64,000 bases of DNA from an uncultured euryarchaeote (GTDB taxonomy: Archaea > Thermoplasmatota > Poseidoniia > Poseidoniales > Poseidoniaceae). Position numbers and translations under genes: made by a program. The stretch is taken from assembly GCA_937899865.1 (NCBI GenBank), contig CALBRH010000044.1, positions 32,001 to 96,000 on the forward strand, given 5' to 3'. Every line of letters starts with the position of its first letter. Within the stretch, counting starts at the first letter, position 1. Positions 28,456-37,665 of this stretch are shown piece by piece. The notes below the pieces were generated by a model. It did not search any database. It saw only the letters and a list, made by a program, of their open reading frames with translations, and had not been told where the DNA came from.

Positions 28456-29205
28456 TTAGTCACGAATTTTAGCCAGAAGTCTAACCATTTCGATGTAAAT
28501 CCAAATAATCGTTACAAGAACACCAAATGCGCCCCACCATTCAGCATTCTTAGGAGCGTTCCATTTTACTCCCGATTCGATGAATCCAAAATCAGAGATT
28601 AGGCTGAGTGCTGCAATACATAGGATAAATGCAGTTACTCCAATACCAATAGGTCCTGATGAGTGTAGGAATGGAATTTCAAATGGTGTAAAGAAGTAAA
28701 AGAAAATCGAAACCAAATATAACATCATAATTGAGAATACCATGCTACCAATCACTTTGTTAAAAGTTGGTGTAGGACGAATAATTCGTGACGAGTAGAT
28801 AAAAAGCATTCCTCCGGTGATAAATAGAGTTCCAAAGGCTGCTTGAATGATTATGCCGCTGTAAAATGCTTCAAAAATCAAAGATAGAGAGCCAACAAAC
28901 AAACCTTGCATGACTGCGTAAATAGTCATTAGAGCCGCAGGGTTTTCTGGTCTCATAATCATTAGAATTACTGCAACCACTATTCCTCCAAACAGCCCTC
29001 CCCAAGTCATGCCGTTAATTACCCCAGCATTTCCTGCCTCCAAAGCGTCAAGTGCAACGTAAGCAGCGATGAAAGCAACTACCGTAACAACACCCAAAAG
29101 GTAAGCTAACTTACCAATGGTTCCTTGTAGTGTCATTGTGTTTTGACCTTGAATATTTGACCAGAAATTTTGTGTCATTACCGGATTGCTTGTACTATAG
29201 CGCAT
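28456..29205 (-). CDS. Bax inhibitor-1/YccA family membrane protein
   Basis: MRYSTSNP, MTLQGTIGK, YAVMQGLFVGSLS, DFGFIESGV and WWGAFGVLVTIIWIYIEMVRLL motifs; start at ATG 29205. Confidence 0.9.
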   Translation of the reverse strand: MRYSTSNPVMTQNFWSNIQGQNTMTLQGTIGKLAYLLGVVTVVAFIAAYVALDALEAGNAGVINGMTWGGLFGGIVVAVILMIMRPENPAALMTIYAVMQGLFVGSLSLIFEAFYSGIIIQAAFGTLFITGGMLFIYSSRIIRPTPTFNKVIGSMVFSIMMLYLVSIFFYFFTPFEIPFLHSSGPIGIGVTAFILCIAALSLISDFGFIESGVKWNAPKNAEWWGAFGVLVTIIWIYIEMVRLLAKIRD

Positions 29206-29251
29206 CGTTATCGTATGTGCTAAGACAAAGTCCTTTGTCAATCTTGCGATA

Positions 29252-32200
29252 TTATTGGTTATCTTGCAGTTGTTCTTGGTAGTATTCTTGCAGTTGCTCA
29301 ATTGTCCAACCATTGTCAAGATATCTTTGGATTACATCTTCACCCCAGCCAGGGAATTTTGCGAGATCAGCATCACTAATGCCACTGCTTGCTTCACTAG
29401 CCACTTCTCCACCACTGCCGTCTAGGACTGGCATAGACCACTCTTCAGTGTCAACTGCTTCTGAATTTTCCATCAACATCATTTCTTGTTCCTCAATACT
29501 AACCAAATCCTTTGCTTGACTCGCTTTGCTTTCTAATTGTTTTAGGATAAGGAATGCTCCAGCACAGAAGATTGCAGCAACGAGCATAACTATCAGCATA
29601 GAATTTGAGCCTGTATTATCTTTCTCGCCATCACTGGCATCAGCGTTGTCAGATAACTGTTCACTTGAACAACCATCCAAATCAGTCAGTCCACCCACTT
29701 CGGTATCAGGACACAAATCAAATTTGTTTAGAATACCATCTAAATCATCATCTGCATCTGGGTCTACAGTTTGATTATCGTCTGGCTCATCAGTATCTAT
29801 TACTGCAGATAAGTCACAACCATATTTGTCAGTATCTTTGATGCCATCTCCATCCGCATCTTCCAAGTTTAACGCATCAAATATTGCAACATTTTCCACA
29901 CTGGAATTAAGTGCTGTACTTTGAGCCCAAGCTATCTCTACTGAATCAATAGCACAATCACCGTCAGTATCAGCGAGAAGAGGATGACCGCCTTGCTTTT
30001 CTTCATCGGTATTATTCACGCCATCACCATCTGAATCATACATGTCTTCAGTCATTCCGTTTGGCATGATTCGCTTGGTACGGTTTAGGCCGTTTGCAAC
30101 TTCCCATTTATCCGTAAGAGAGTCTTGGTCAGTATCGGTAACATTGTCCAATCTATTCCAATCTACATGCCAAGCATCAAGATAATACTGAGTAATAGCG
30201 GCAGAGTGTATTATGACCCCCATTTCACGATTTCTATTCATTGCAGAACTACCCATATTGATTGAAGATACAAGTACGCTCTCACCATCTACAATTATTC
30301 CTTTATTGTGTAATTTTGAGACATCATCATCTTCACTCATTACGATTGCAGATGCATCTAATCCTTGGGAGCCATTCCATACTTCATTGAATAAATCTAC
30401 AACTTCTTGGTCATCATCGTCCAAATATGCTCCGTTAATTATTAGATGTACTCCAACTCCATTCATTGCCACATCATGAAGAGCAGTAATGATTGGATTT
30501 TCATCTCCCCAACCATATGCCCAGTCAACATCAAGTGTTTGTTGAGATAGTAAGACTTCACTATTTGCTGAACGAATAAAGTCAGTTATTTTGGTGACAC
30601 AATTCTCGGGACAAGTCAATAATTCACCAGAAACACTGGTTTGAATTGCGGCTTGTACTCCGCCACCTCCAATTGTATTCGGTGCGTAAAAATTGTATTG
30701 ATCATAATCACTTAATGACATCATTTCAGACCAATGAATATCTAAATTGAATTGTTGATCAACCATATGTGCAAGTTCTAAGTTGTCAATAATAATACTC
30801 CATTCTACATTGCCTCTAACTCCAGGGGCTGGTACAGAAGAAGACTTCCAATTGCCCGAAGACATCCAAACACTGCTTGAGTCTCGTACTGCAACTTTAC
30901 TGTGAAGATACAAGTATGGCTCATCACTTCCAGTATTGAACTCATAAACAGTAGCACCCGCTTGGATTAAGGTGTAAGCGAAATCATTTTTGTATTGCAA
31001 ATCTGTTTCAGACCAAATGTTACAGTTTATACATCCAGAATCAAGCATTAATTCTACACTAACTCCTCTTTGCAAAGCATCCAATAATGCTTGAACCAAG
31101 TATGCGTCTTGTAATTGATACAATTGAATTTTCAAACTTGTTTGGCTATCATCAATGAATTGTTTCAATTCAAGTAAGCCATTTTGCGGACCGATAATTG
31201 GTACTATAAGTGCCTCGGATTGAGCAAACTCAGATTGTAAGCACAAAGTACCCATGCTACCTGTTATCGACCAATGATGCTTCCAGTCATCTGCTGTATC
31301 AGTGTCAGGTAAGTATGAGCAACCATCACCTCTAACATAGACGAATTCATCATCAGAAACACTGGATGCTGGAATAGAAATTGCCTCACTGCTCCAACCA
31401 TCTTGGCTTGCAGGGCCACTGTCAAAGACAAATGTGTCTGACAAGACGCCATTAGGGTCTTTCAAGGAAATAGCAACTCCAGAATCAGGGATGTATAGGT
31501 TTGAACATCCAATATCATCGAAATTTAGGTAGGTTGTTGCTTCTCCAAGCAGCAGATTTGTGTCTTGAGTAATTATTTCAGCCATACCATCATTATCTGT
31601 AATATCTGAATCCTCAGCGAAAACAATTGTGCTTTGAGGACTGAAGAACATATTGTTGATAATAGTACATTCAACTAAAGTGCCATCATTGATATTGATG
31701 GTCCAACCGTTGAAGAACGCATCATTTTCTCCGATGTTTTTGATTTGAATGAATTCATTGTCATATGGTGAAACTCTTGTAATTATGATGTCTTGAGCAG
31801 TAGCAAAGTCGGTAGCTTGTATGTTGGCGGAACCCGGTGTTGGGTAAGCACCAGAAAACCAATTTACTCCATCTTCAGAAATCCATGACTCGCAAGTATT
31901 TGCTGTAATTCCTTCACCATGTACATTTGATGTTGTGACCATGACGCCATCTGGATTGTACATGTGAATCAAATCTATAGGCATAAGGAATGAGCGTGGT
32001 AGGCTAATAAGAGTATATTCGCCTGGATTTAATAAGGTAGTTTTACTACTATTTGTCGTGACAATGTTTTGATTTATGCTATCTACATCAGCTAATTCAG
32101 TGATGAATAATCGGTTGCTATCGGTATCAATTCGCCACCTTAAGAGGTCAATTGGTGAAGTACCATTATTGAATACCTCTACCCAATCGTTGTAATTATT

Positions 32201-34240
32201 GCCTAATTCATCACACCAGCCAACATATTCGGTTAATATCAAGTCGTTGGAATCAGTGTATGCAGGCCATACAGGATTTATGACTCCTGGGGTAGACCAT
32301 GCAGGTTCAACCCATCCAGTGACTCCTGAAGGATTGGTAGTAGTATATCCTGCATGACTGCTTCCAGGTGCTACTAATGACACATTCTCAGAGGAATGAT
32401 TCCAACTAACCATGTCAACAATTCCTGAATTTGCATCAACTAAAGTGATTATGTCACTAGTTTGTTTCAAGTAAAATGAATTAGTTCCATTCAATACAAT
32501 CAAACCAGTACTTCCTGGCTGAATGATTGCATCGTTTTGAAGAGGGAAATTATAGCCTCCTAAAGTGAAACTCCTACTGTTAGATGCTTTTAATTTCCAT
32601 CCAGTCAAGTCGACAGGAGATGTATCATTATTGTACAACTCAATCCATTCGCCAAGTGGCCAAGATTGGGTATCTGAACCTTCGCCATCTGGTAATATTT
32701 CTGTGAATATAATATCAACAGCAACATATGGTTCACTACCAGGTTCAGGTTCACCTGGAGTCATCCAATTTGATGGGATCCAAGCAGCACCCATATTTTC
32801 GTAATCTCTTACCATTGATACATTATCGCCAAAGAAATTACTATGCCATGCAGCATCAACAATATTACCAGAATTATCCTTCAAAACTAAGTGCTCATAA
32901 TAGTCATATAAATCAAAACTATTTGACATGCCAACCAAGCGTCTTTCACCTGGGTTTACTTCTGTCACTCCTGAGTGGGTTTGGTTGAATACCATGGTTC
33001 CTGGGTCAAAGTACAATAAATCGCCTTTGCCATTAGTTACACTCCACCCCGAAACATCCACCATGCTGGTTCCGTTATTGACAATTTCAATCCATTTTCC
33101 ATCAGGGAAGTTTCCTGAGGTATTGGTAGATGGTAAATATTCAGTGATGAAAATATCTCCTATCTTGGTTGGTAAGTTTTCCATAGTATCGAGATTTGTC
33201 ATATTGATAGTTGGGTGGGCTGAGATATACATTGCATCACTGCCCGAAACCCTAGATAGTGAGAATCCTGGCTCATTTGTAGTCCAATTTACTTCGTCAC
33301 CAATAGAAGCATTTGGCCAGTGTACACGTAATTTCTCAATTGCGTTATTCAACACACCACTGCTTGTAGAGCCATTTATCGCTACTATTCTTGTATCTCC
33401 TGCATTAATCATTAATGAATTAGGGTCGCTTGAATAACCGATTAGGTGATCTTGATCAAACTCAATGATATTACCCGCCGCATCAGATGCATACCAGCCA
33501 GTCATATCGATATTAGTTGAGCCTTGATTGTATACCTCTATCCATTCCCCACCAGGATATGTAGCATTATCATAACTTGGTGAAGCATCAGCCATTACCT
33601 CATTGATGACAATGTCTCCAGCAAAATATTCTGGCCCAACAGGGGTGCCTCCTTGATTGGCCTCTCCAGGGGAAAGAGTTCCGGATTCTACCCAATCTGC
33701 AGCAGGATCACTGGAATCTTCGATTAGTGAGATTCCCTCGGAAGGTGATGAGGTCCAAGTAATAGAATGAACTAGAGTGCCAGTCGGATCTTTTAGATTC
33801 ACCATTCCATTAGAATTTTTCAAACAAAAGCCACATGAACCGCCATCGCCATTTCTTGCCATGACGATATAATCTCCAGCAGCAAGGTCAAGGTTTTGTG
33901 TATTTGTTGGATAGACAACGTGACTGGTGGTCATACTGAGTGGTCTGTTGTAATGATCATCTAAAGTCCAAGTTGAAAGGTCAATCGTAGAAGTTCCAGA
34001 GTTATGTAGTTCAACCCATTCACCACTTGTCCAGTCTGAAGGCCCAACAGCACCCGTTTCTGAGCCAAAGGCATTAACCAAGACTTCAGAAATACAAATA
34101 TCCCCAATACATGCAGATGAGCGACTTGATGTTTCTGAGGCTTCTTGAGTATCCTGCAATGTTTCGTTATCGAGTAAAGGTGCTAAGTAAGAACATAGCA
34201 TAATAGTAATCAAAATTATTGGGTATCTTTTGTCTAGCAT
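29252..34240 (-). CDS. Secreted/membrane-anchored protein with six lamin-tail domains (LTD), a two-HKD phospholipase D-family domain, TSP3-like repeats, TM and Trp-containing tail
   Basis: Six I-(S/N/T)-E/R...E/K/D-W/F-(I/V)-E/Q-x-x-N units; HSKVAVRD...SSGNW (H1113) and HNKGIIVD...SSIN (H1311); DTDQDSLTD-type repeats; C-terminal TM. Confidence 0.9.
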   Translation of the reverse strand: MLDKRYPIILITIMLCSYLAPLLDNETLQDTQEASETSSRSSACIGDICISEVLVNAFGSETGAVGPSDWTSGEWVELHNSGTSTIDLSTWTLDDHYNRPLSMTTSHVVYPTNTQNLDLAAGDYIVMARNGDGGSCGFCLKNSNGMVNLKDPTGTLVHSITWTSSPSEGISLIEDSSDPAADWVESGTLSPGEANQGGTPVGPEYFAGDIVINEVMADASPSYDNATYPGGEWIEVYNQGSTNIDMTGWYASDAAGNIIEFDQDHLIGYSSDPNSLMINAGDTRIVAINGSTSSGVLNNAIEKLRVHWPNASIGDEVNWTTNEPGFSLSRVSGSDAMYISAHPTINMTNLDTMENLPTKIGDIFITEYLPSTNTSGNFPDGKWIEIVNNGTSMVDVSGWSVTNGKGDLLYFDPGTMVFNQTHSGVTEVNPGERRLVGMSNSFDLYDYYEHLVLKDNSGNIVDAAWHSNFFGDNVSMVRDYENMGAAWIPSNWMTPGEPEPGSEPYVAVDIIFTEILPDGEGSDTQSWPLGEWIELYNNDTSPVDLTGWKLKASNSRSFTLGGYNFPLQNDAIIQPGSTGLIVLNGTNSFYLKQTSDIITLVDANSGIVDMVSWNHSSENVSLVAPGSSHAGYTTTNPSGVTGWVEPAWSTPGVINPVWPAYTDSNDLILTEYVGWCDELGNNYNDWVEVFNNGTSPIDLLRWRIDTDSNRLFITELADVDSINQNIVTTNSSKTTLLNPGEYTLISLPRSFLMPIDLIHMYNPDGVMVTTSNVHGEGITANTCESWISEDGVNWFSGAYPTPGSANIQATDFATAQDIIITRVSPYDNEFIQIKNIGENDAFFNGWTININDGTLVECTIINNMFFSPQSTIVFAEDSDITDNDGMAEIITQDTNLLLGEATTYLNFDDIGCSNLYIPDSGVAISLKDPNGVLSDTFVFDSGPASQDGWSSEAISIPASSVSDDEFVYVRGDGCSYLPDTDTADDWKHHWSITGSMGTLCLQSEFAQSEALIVPIIGPQNGLLELKQFIDDSQTSLKIQLYQLQDAYLVQALLDALQRGVSVELMLDSGCINCNIWSETDLQYKNDFAYTLIQAGATVYEFNTGSDEPYLYLHSKVAVRDSSSVWMSSGNWKSSSVPAPGVRGNVEWSIIIDNLELAHMVDQQFNLDIHWSEMMSLSDYDQYNFYAPNTIGGGGVQAAIQTSVSGELLTCPENCVTKITDFIRSANSEVLLSQQTLDVDWAYGWGDENPIITALHDVAMNGVGVHLIINGAYLDDDDQEVVDLFNEVWNGSQGLDASAIVMSEDDDVSKLHNKGIIVDGESVLVSSINMGSSAMNRNREMGVIIHSAAITQYYLDAWHVDWNRLDNVTDTDQDSLTDKWEVANGLNRTKRIMPNGMTEDMYDSDGDGVNNTDEEKQGGHPLLADTDGDCAIDSVEIAWAQSTALNSSVENVAIFDALNLEDADGDGIKDTDKYGCDLSAVIDTDEPDDNQTVDPDADDDLDGILNKFDLCPDTEVGGLTDLDGCSSEQLSDNADASDGEKDNTGSNSMLIVMLVAAIFCAGAFLILKQLESKASQAKDLVSIEEQEMMLMENSEAVDTEEWSMPVLDGSGGEVASEASSGISDADLAKFPGWGEDVIQRYLDNGWTIEQLQEYYQEQLQDNQ

Positions 34241-34292
34241 TCTATCCTCTCCATGTGTCTCGGGTATTGTTTGTCATATCTTACTTTTGATT

Positions 34293-35795
34293 TCACAAGA
34301 AGCCAAAGGCATCTTGAGCTTGTGAGAATGTGTAAATCATAATTGGCACAATGATAATTCCCATACCGTGACTCCTTCTAATTCCGACTCTTGGTGGAAT
34401 TAGACCAAGTATTGTACCGATTATCAGTACTCCAATGCCAATGAATCCAGTAGTAAACCAGACCAATGCACTGACGAAAATGATTACCCCCATGACCATT
34501 TGTTGTAGTGGTATTGCTGCGTGTAATTTTAGCATACCTTTCCCAACAACACGCATAATTGGCATGGCCATCAAACCTGCAGCAACGGTAATGGAAATCA
34601 ATCTAATGAAGTCCGCAGTTGGTTCTGTTGATGACCAAGTATCGATTGGATACATCATTTTCAAGGCAAGCGTTGCACCGGAACGAGATCTACCAATAAT
34701 ATACAAGAATCCCAATACCATTACAGTAACAGCAGTATTTACTGCAGATAAGATTGCAATAACTTCCAAATCTTGTTTGGTTTGTGGACCCTCTACTCCT
34801 CCTTCAGCCTCTGAAAGCGCAATTTCTAACAGTTCATCATCGGTTAATTCAGTTAACCTCCTGGTTTCCCAATCCATTCCATAACCCTCTTTGCCTTGCA
34901 CCTTTGCTGCAACATTTCTTCCACCCATTACAAGTACAGTTGCTTGAGATGCAGTCATTCCAGGTAATACTCCCATGGATGCTCCGGCAACACCAGACCA
35001 GAAACATGGGACGATTAACGGCTTAGCAGGAGGTAAAGTCCAGTCTTCGTTTTGTGGCGGTATATGTGAAGTTGTAGCATAAATATCCAAAAGGTTAGCT
35101 ATACCGAATAGACCAGCAAGGCTCGGTAGTAAGAGACTAGCATCTGGAATTCCTACCGGCGACCTTGCAGGTAGGCTAAATACAGCCCAACCATAGAAAC
35201 CAGATAATAAAAAGAATCCAGTTGCTGCAAGGAATCCAGCAAATCGACTATCAGTAGCCAACTTATTCATTGAAAGTTTTTGCATCCACTTTGGCCAATC
35301 CAATCTCGTTGTTTCAGTTGCAAGTAGTAAGAAAGAGATACCAAGTAATAAAAAGAAAATTATGTTTCTCAAGTAATCATACCATCCCAATTCATCACCA
35401 AAAGCAATTCTTGCAACTATTATTAGTGGTAGGGAAAGGAATAATCCGAGTTGTGAACCTCTTGCTGACCAAGCCACTCCACGTGGTGCATTACCTGATA
35501 GTAACATTCTGTGACCTGGCAATAATGAAAGCGCAGTATCCCCATCTGGAGCACCTAACAAAGCAGATGGAATATAATTGAGAAAAGTATGCACAGTGCC
35601 GGTTGAAACAATAATTGCAGCAACAGCAGATAATGGAATCCCCCAACTTAGGAATACAGGCGATAACGCTAGAAGAATTAAAGCAACATTATTGACGTGG
35701 AAACCAGGAATTAGCCCAGTTAATGAGCCCATTGCTACGCCAAAGAATAAGGCGAACAACAACCATCCAAGGTCAATAAAGTATGCTTCAAACAT
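34293..35795 (-). CDS. TctA/DUF112 family membrane protein, archaeal type
   Basis: GSLTGLIPGFHVN, HTFLNYIPSALLGAPD, LPGHRML..G and GVLPGMTAS motifs; about 12 TMs; no TctB/TctC in the window. Confidence 0.85.
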   Translation of the reverse strand: MFEAYFIDLGWLLFALFFGVAMGSLTGLIPGFHVNNVALILLALSPVFLSWGIPLSAVAAIIVSTGTVHTFLNYIPSALLGAPDGDTALSLLPGHRMLLSGNAPRGVAWSARGSQLGLFLSLPLIIVARIAFGDELGWYDYLRNIIFFLLLGISFLLLATETTRLDWPKWMQKLSMNKLATDSRFAGFLAATGFFLLSGFYGWAVFSLPARSPVGIPDASLLLPSLAGLFGIANLLDIYATTSHIPPQNEDWTLPPAKPLIVPCFWSGVAGASMGVLPGMTASQATVLVMGGRNVAAKVQGKEGYGMDWETRRLTELTDDELLEIALSEAEGGVEGPQTKQDLEVIAILSAVNTAVTVMVLGFLYIIGRSRSGATLALKMMYPIDTWSSTEPTADFIRLISITVAAGLMAMPIMRVVGKGMLKLHAAIPLQQMVMGVIIFVSALVWFTTGFIGIGVLIIGTILGLIPPRVGIRRSHGMGIIIVPIMIYTFSQAQDAFGFL

Positions 35796-35804
35796 GGTTA
35801 TTCC

Positions 35805-37565
35805 TCAGTAGTCGGGATATGTGTCGTTGTCATCTCTGTCGTTTTCACCATCACCATCAGTATCAGGATTGTATGGATTTGTCCCATACAATGATTCTAA
35901 GTTGTCAGATAATCCATCGCCATCGGTATCGATGACATCTGCATTGATTAGATGATATACAGTTGCTACAAGTTCAGGGTCTGCAACTTCCATTAGTCTA
36001 CCGTTCCATGTATGGGAATAGCCTGAATGGACATTGTCAGTTCCAATGATGGTATTGTTATTTGGTGATAGCCTAATACTTTGATTAGTTCCATCTCTTT
36101 GTAACCACCATTCTCCATCTTCATCTTGTACAGCAATACCTGGAATATTTACCATTTGACTTCGAGAATATCCCCATTGTGATGCACCTTCATCCCAAAT
36201 CAAATTCTTAGCGTCTGGTGCTTCTCCTAATTGATAATCATGAATTAGTAGTCTGATTGCCATATTTATGTCATCCCAAGTTACCGAAACATTAGCCGTG
36301 ATTGCTTGTCCAGCTTCTATCCATTGAGTTGAAGTTTGAGCAGGGAATGTGGCGTAGATTTTTGTCTGTCCACGATAATCAATTTTGTCAACTAACCATC
36401 CACTGACATCTTGTACACTGGGCTCTATTGAATATCTAACAAATGCATTGATTGTATAATGTGTATCTGGGTCATCAATCAATCTAATAGGGTCTCCAGA
36501 TAACAATGCAAGTAAATCGATAATGTCTTCAGAATTAATCAAATTTCCAGTTGGAGTTCCTTCACTTGAATCAACACACCAACTCGCATCGGCTTCAGAC
36601 CACATAAGTCTTCCTTGAACATCTCTAAATTGATTGTGAAGTGAACTATTAGCGTGTTCATTAAGGTCAGCCTCACTTGGTTTCAAACAGATCATGATGC
36701 CTCCAGGTCCTCGTAATTGCCATTGCTCTCCAACAGTGATATAGCCTGCAATTTCAATCAAGTTACCAGATTGATAACTCCATGTTGATTCTTCGCCCCA
36801 GTTCAGCCTAATTATTTCAATTGGATGATTTCTATCAACCAGAATTTCAGGTCCTTGGACAGACATAACCCAATTCATATCACGTTGATTGTAAGAAATA
36901 GTTCCAGTAACTTGAACTTTTGATGATGATTCAATCCAACTGCCAACTTTTGACCTAATATTGAGTTTGATTTGATGCTCTGCATTACCATAGGATGGAT
37001 GATCTCGCAAATCAGCAGAAACAAACATTTCATCAGGTGGAATTGATTCACCGATGTATCCAGTTAATGTGATAATTTCGTCAACATACTTTTCTGGGTC
37101 TAATGCTACATCGAGGATTGCTAATTGGACAATGTCTGGCAAATCCTCTTCATCCCATTCCATCGCTCCTGAGCCAATTGCAGTCATGTAGATATTTCCT
37201 TCAAATTCCATTACTTTACCTGTGATTACAACATTAGTCCCGATTGGTGGTATTTCTGCTGGCCGACTCCATCTTGCTTCAACAACAGCAGTTCCATCGC
37301 TGACAATTACGTGAGTTTCCCAGTCACCGGAATTCCATGGGTCTTCACGCCAAGAGATTATCTCTCCTTCAACTTTAACAACTTCATTTTTGTATTCAAT
37401 CAAATCTTCCATTTCGACGATATCAGGTTCCCTAACCATGGCATAATAATTTAGCACTGCGACCAAGAAAATAGCTAGAGTAAACATGACCCAAAGCTGT
37501 TGACCCCTTGTTGCTGGGTCGTCATCTGTAATTTTGTTCATAATGCTCTTTAGCACATCCGCCAT
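35805..37565 (-). CDS. Membrane-anchored protein with about five OB-fold-like repeats and a C-terminal Ca-binding DxDxDG repeat
   Basis: N-terminal TM. VVKVEGEI...VSDGT...PIGTNVVITGKVMEFEG is a classic OB pattern, with similar units repeated. Ends DTDGDGLSD...DTDGDGEND. Confidence 0.7.
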   Translation of the reverse strand: MADVLKSIMNKITDDDPATRGQQLWVMFTLAIFLVAVLNYYAMVREPDIVEMEDLIEYKNEVVKVEGEIISWREDPWNSGDWETHVIVSDGTAVVEARWSRPAEIPPIGTNVVITGKVMEFEGNIYMTAIGSGAMEWDEEDLPDIVQLAILDVALDPEKYVDEIITLTGYIGESIPPDEMFVSADLRDHPSYGNAEHQIKLNIRSKVGSWIESSSKVQVTGTISYNQRDMNWVMSVQGPEILVDRNHPIEIIRLNWGEESTWSYQSGNLIEIAGYITVGEQWQLRGPGGIMICLKPSEADLNEHANSSLHNQFRDVQGRLMWSEADASWCVDSSEGTPTGNLINSEDIIDLLALLSGDPIRLIDDPDTHYTINAFVRYSIEPSVQDVSGWLVDKIDYRGQTKIYATFPAQTSTQWIEAGQAITANVSVTWDDINMAIRLLIHDYQLGEAPDAKNLIWDEGASQWGYSRSQMVNIPGIAVQDEDGEWWLQRDGTNQSIRLSPNNNTIIGTDNVHSGYSHTWNGRLMEVADPELVATVYHLINADVIDTDGDGLSDNLESLYGTNPYNPDTDGDGENDRDDNDTYPDY

Positions 37566-37576
37566 GATTATTGGTG

Positions 37577-37620
37577 TTCAAACAGTCATTTAGTCATGTT
37601 TGAAGGATTAGTCATATCTT
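37577..37620. promoter_or_regulatory. Candidate operator in the divergent OB-fold/HD promoter region
   Basis: TTCAAACA-N12-TGTTTGAA (37577-37604), three AGTCAT copies, GTCATATCTT at 37611-37620 and a TTTTTAAA TATA-like box just downstream. Confidence 0.45.
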
Positions 37621-37665
37621 GCGCGGCCTTTTTAAACATTAAATCGAGGGAGTATCGGGGATGGA

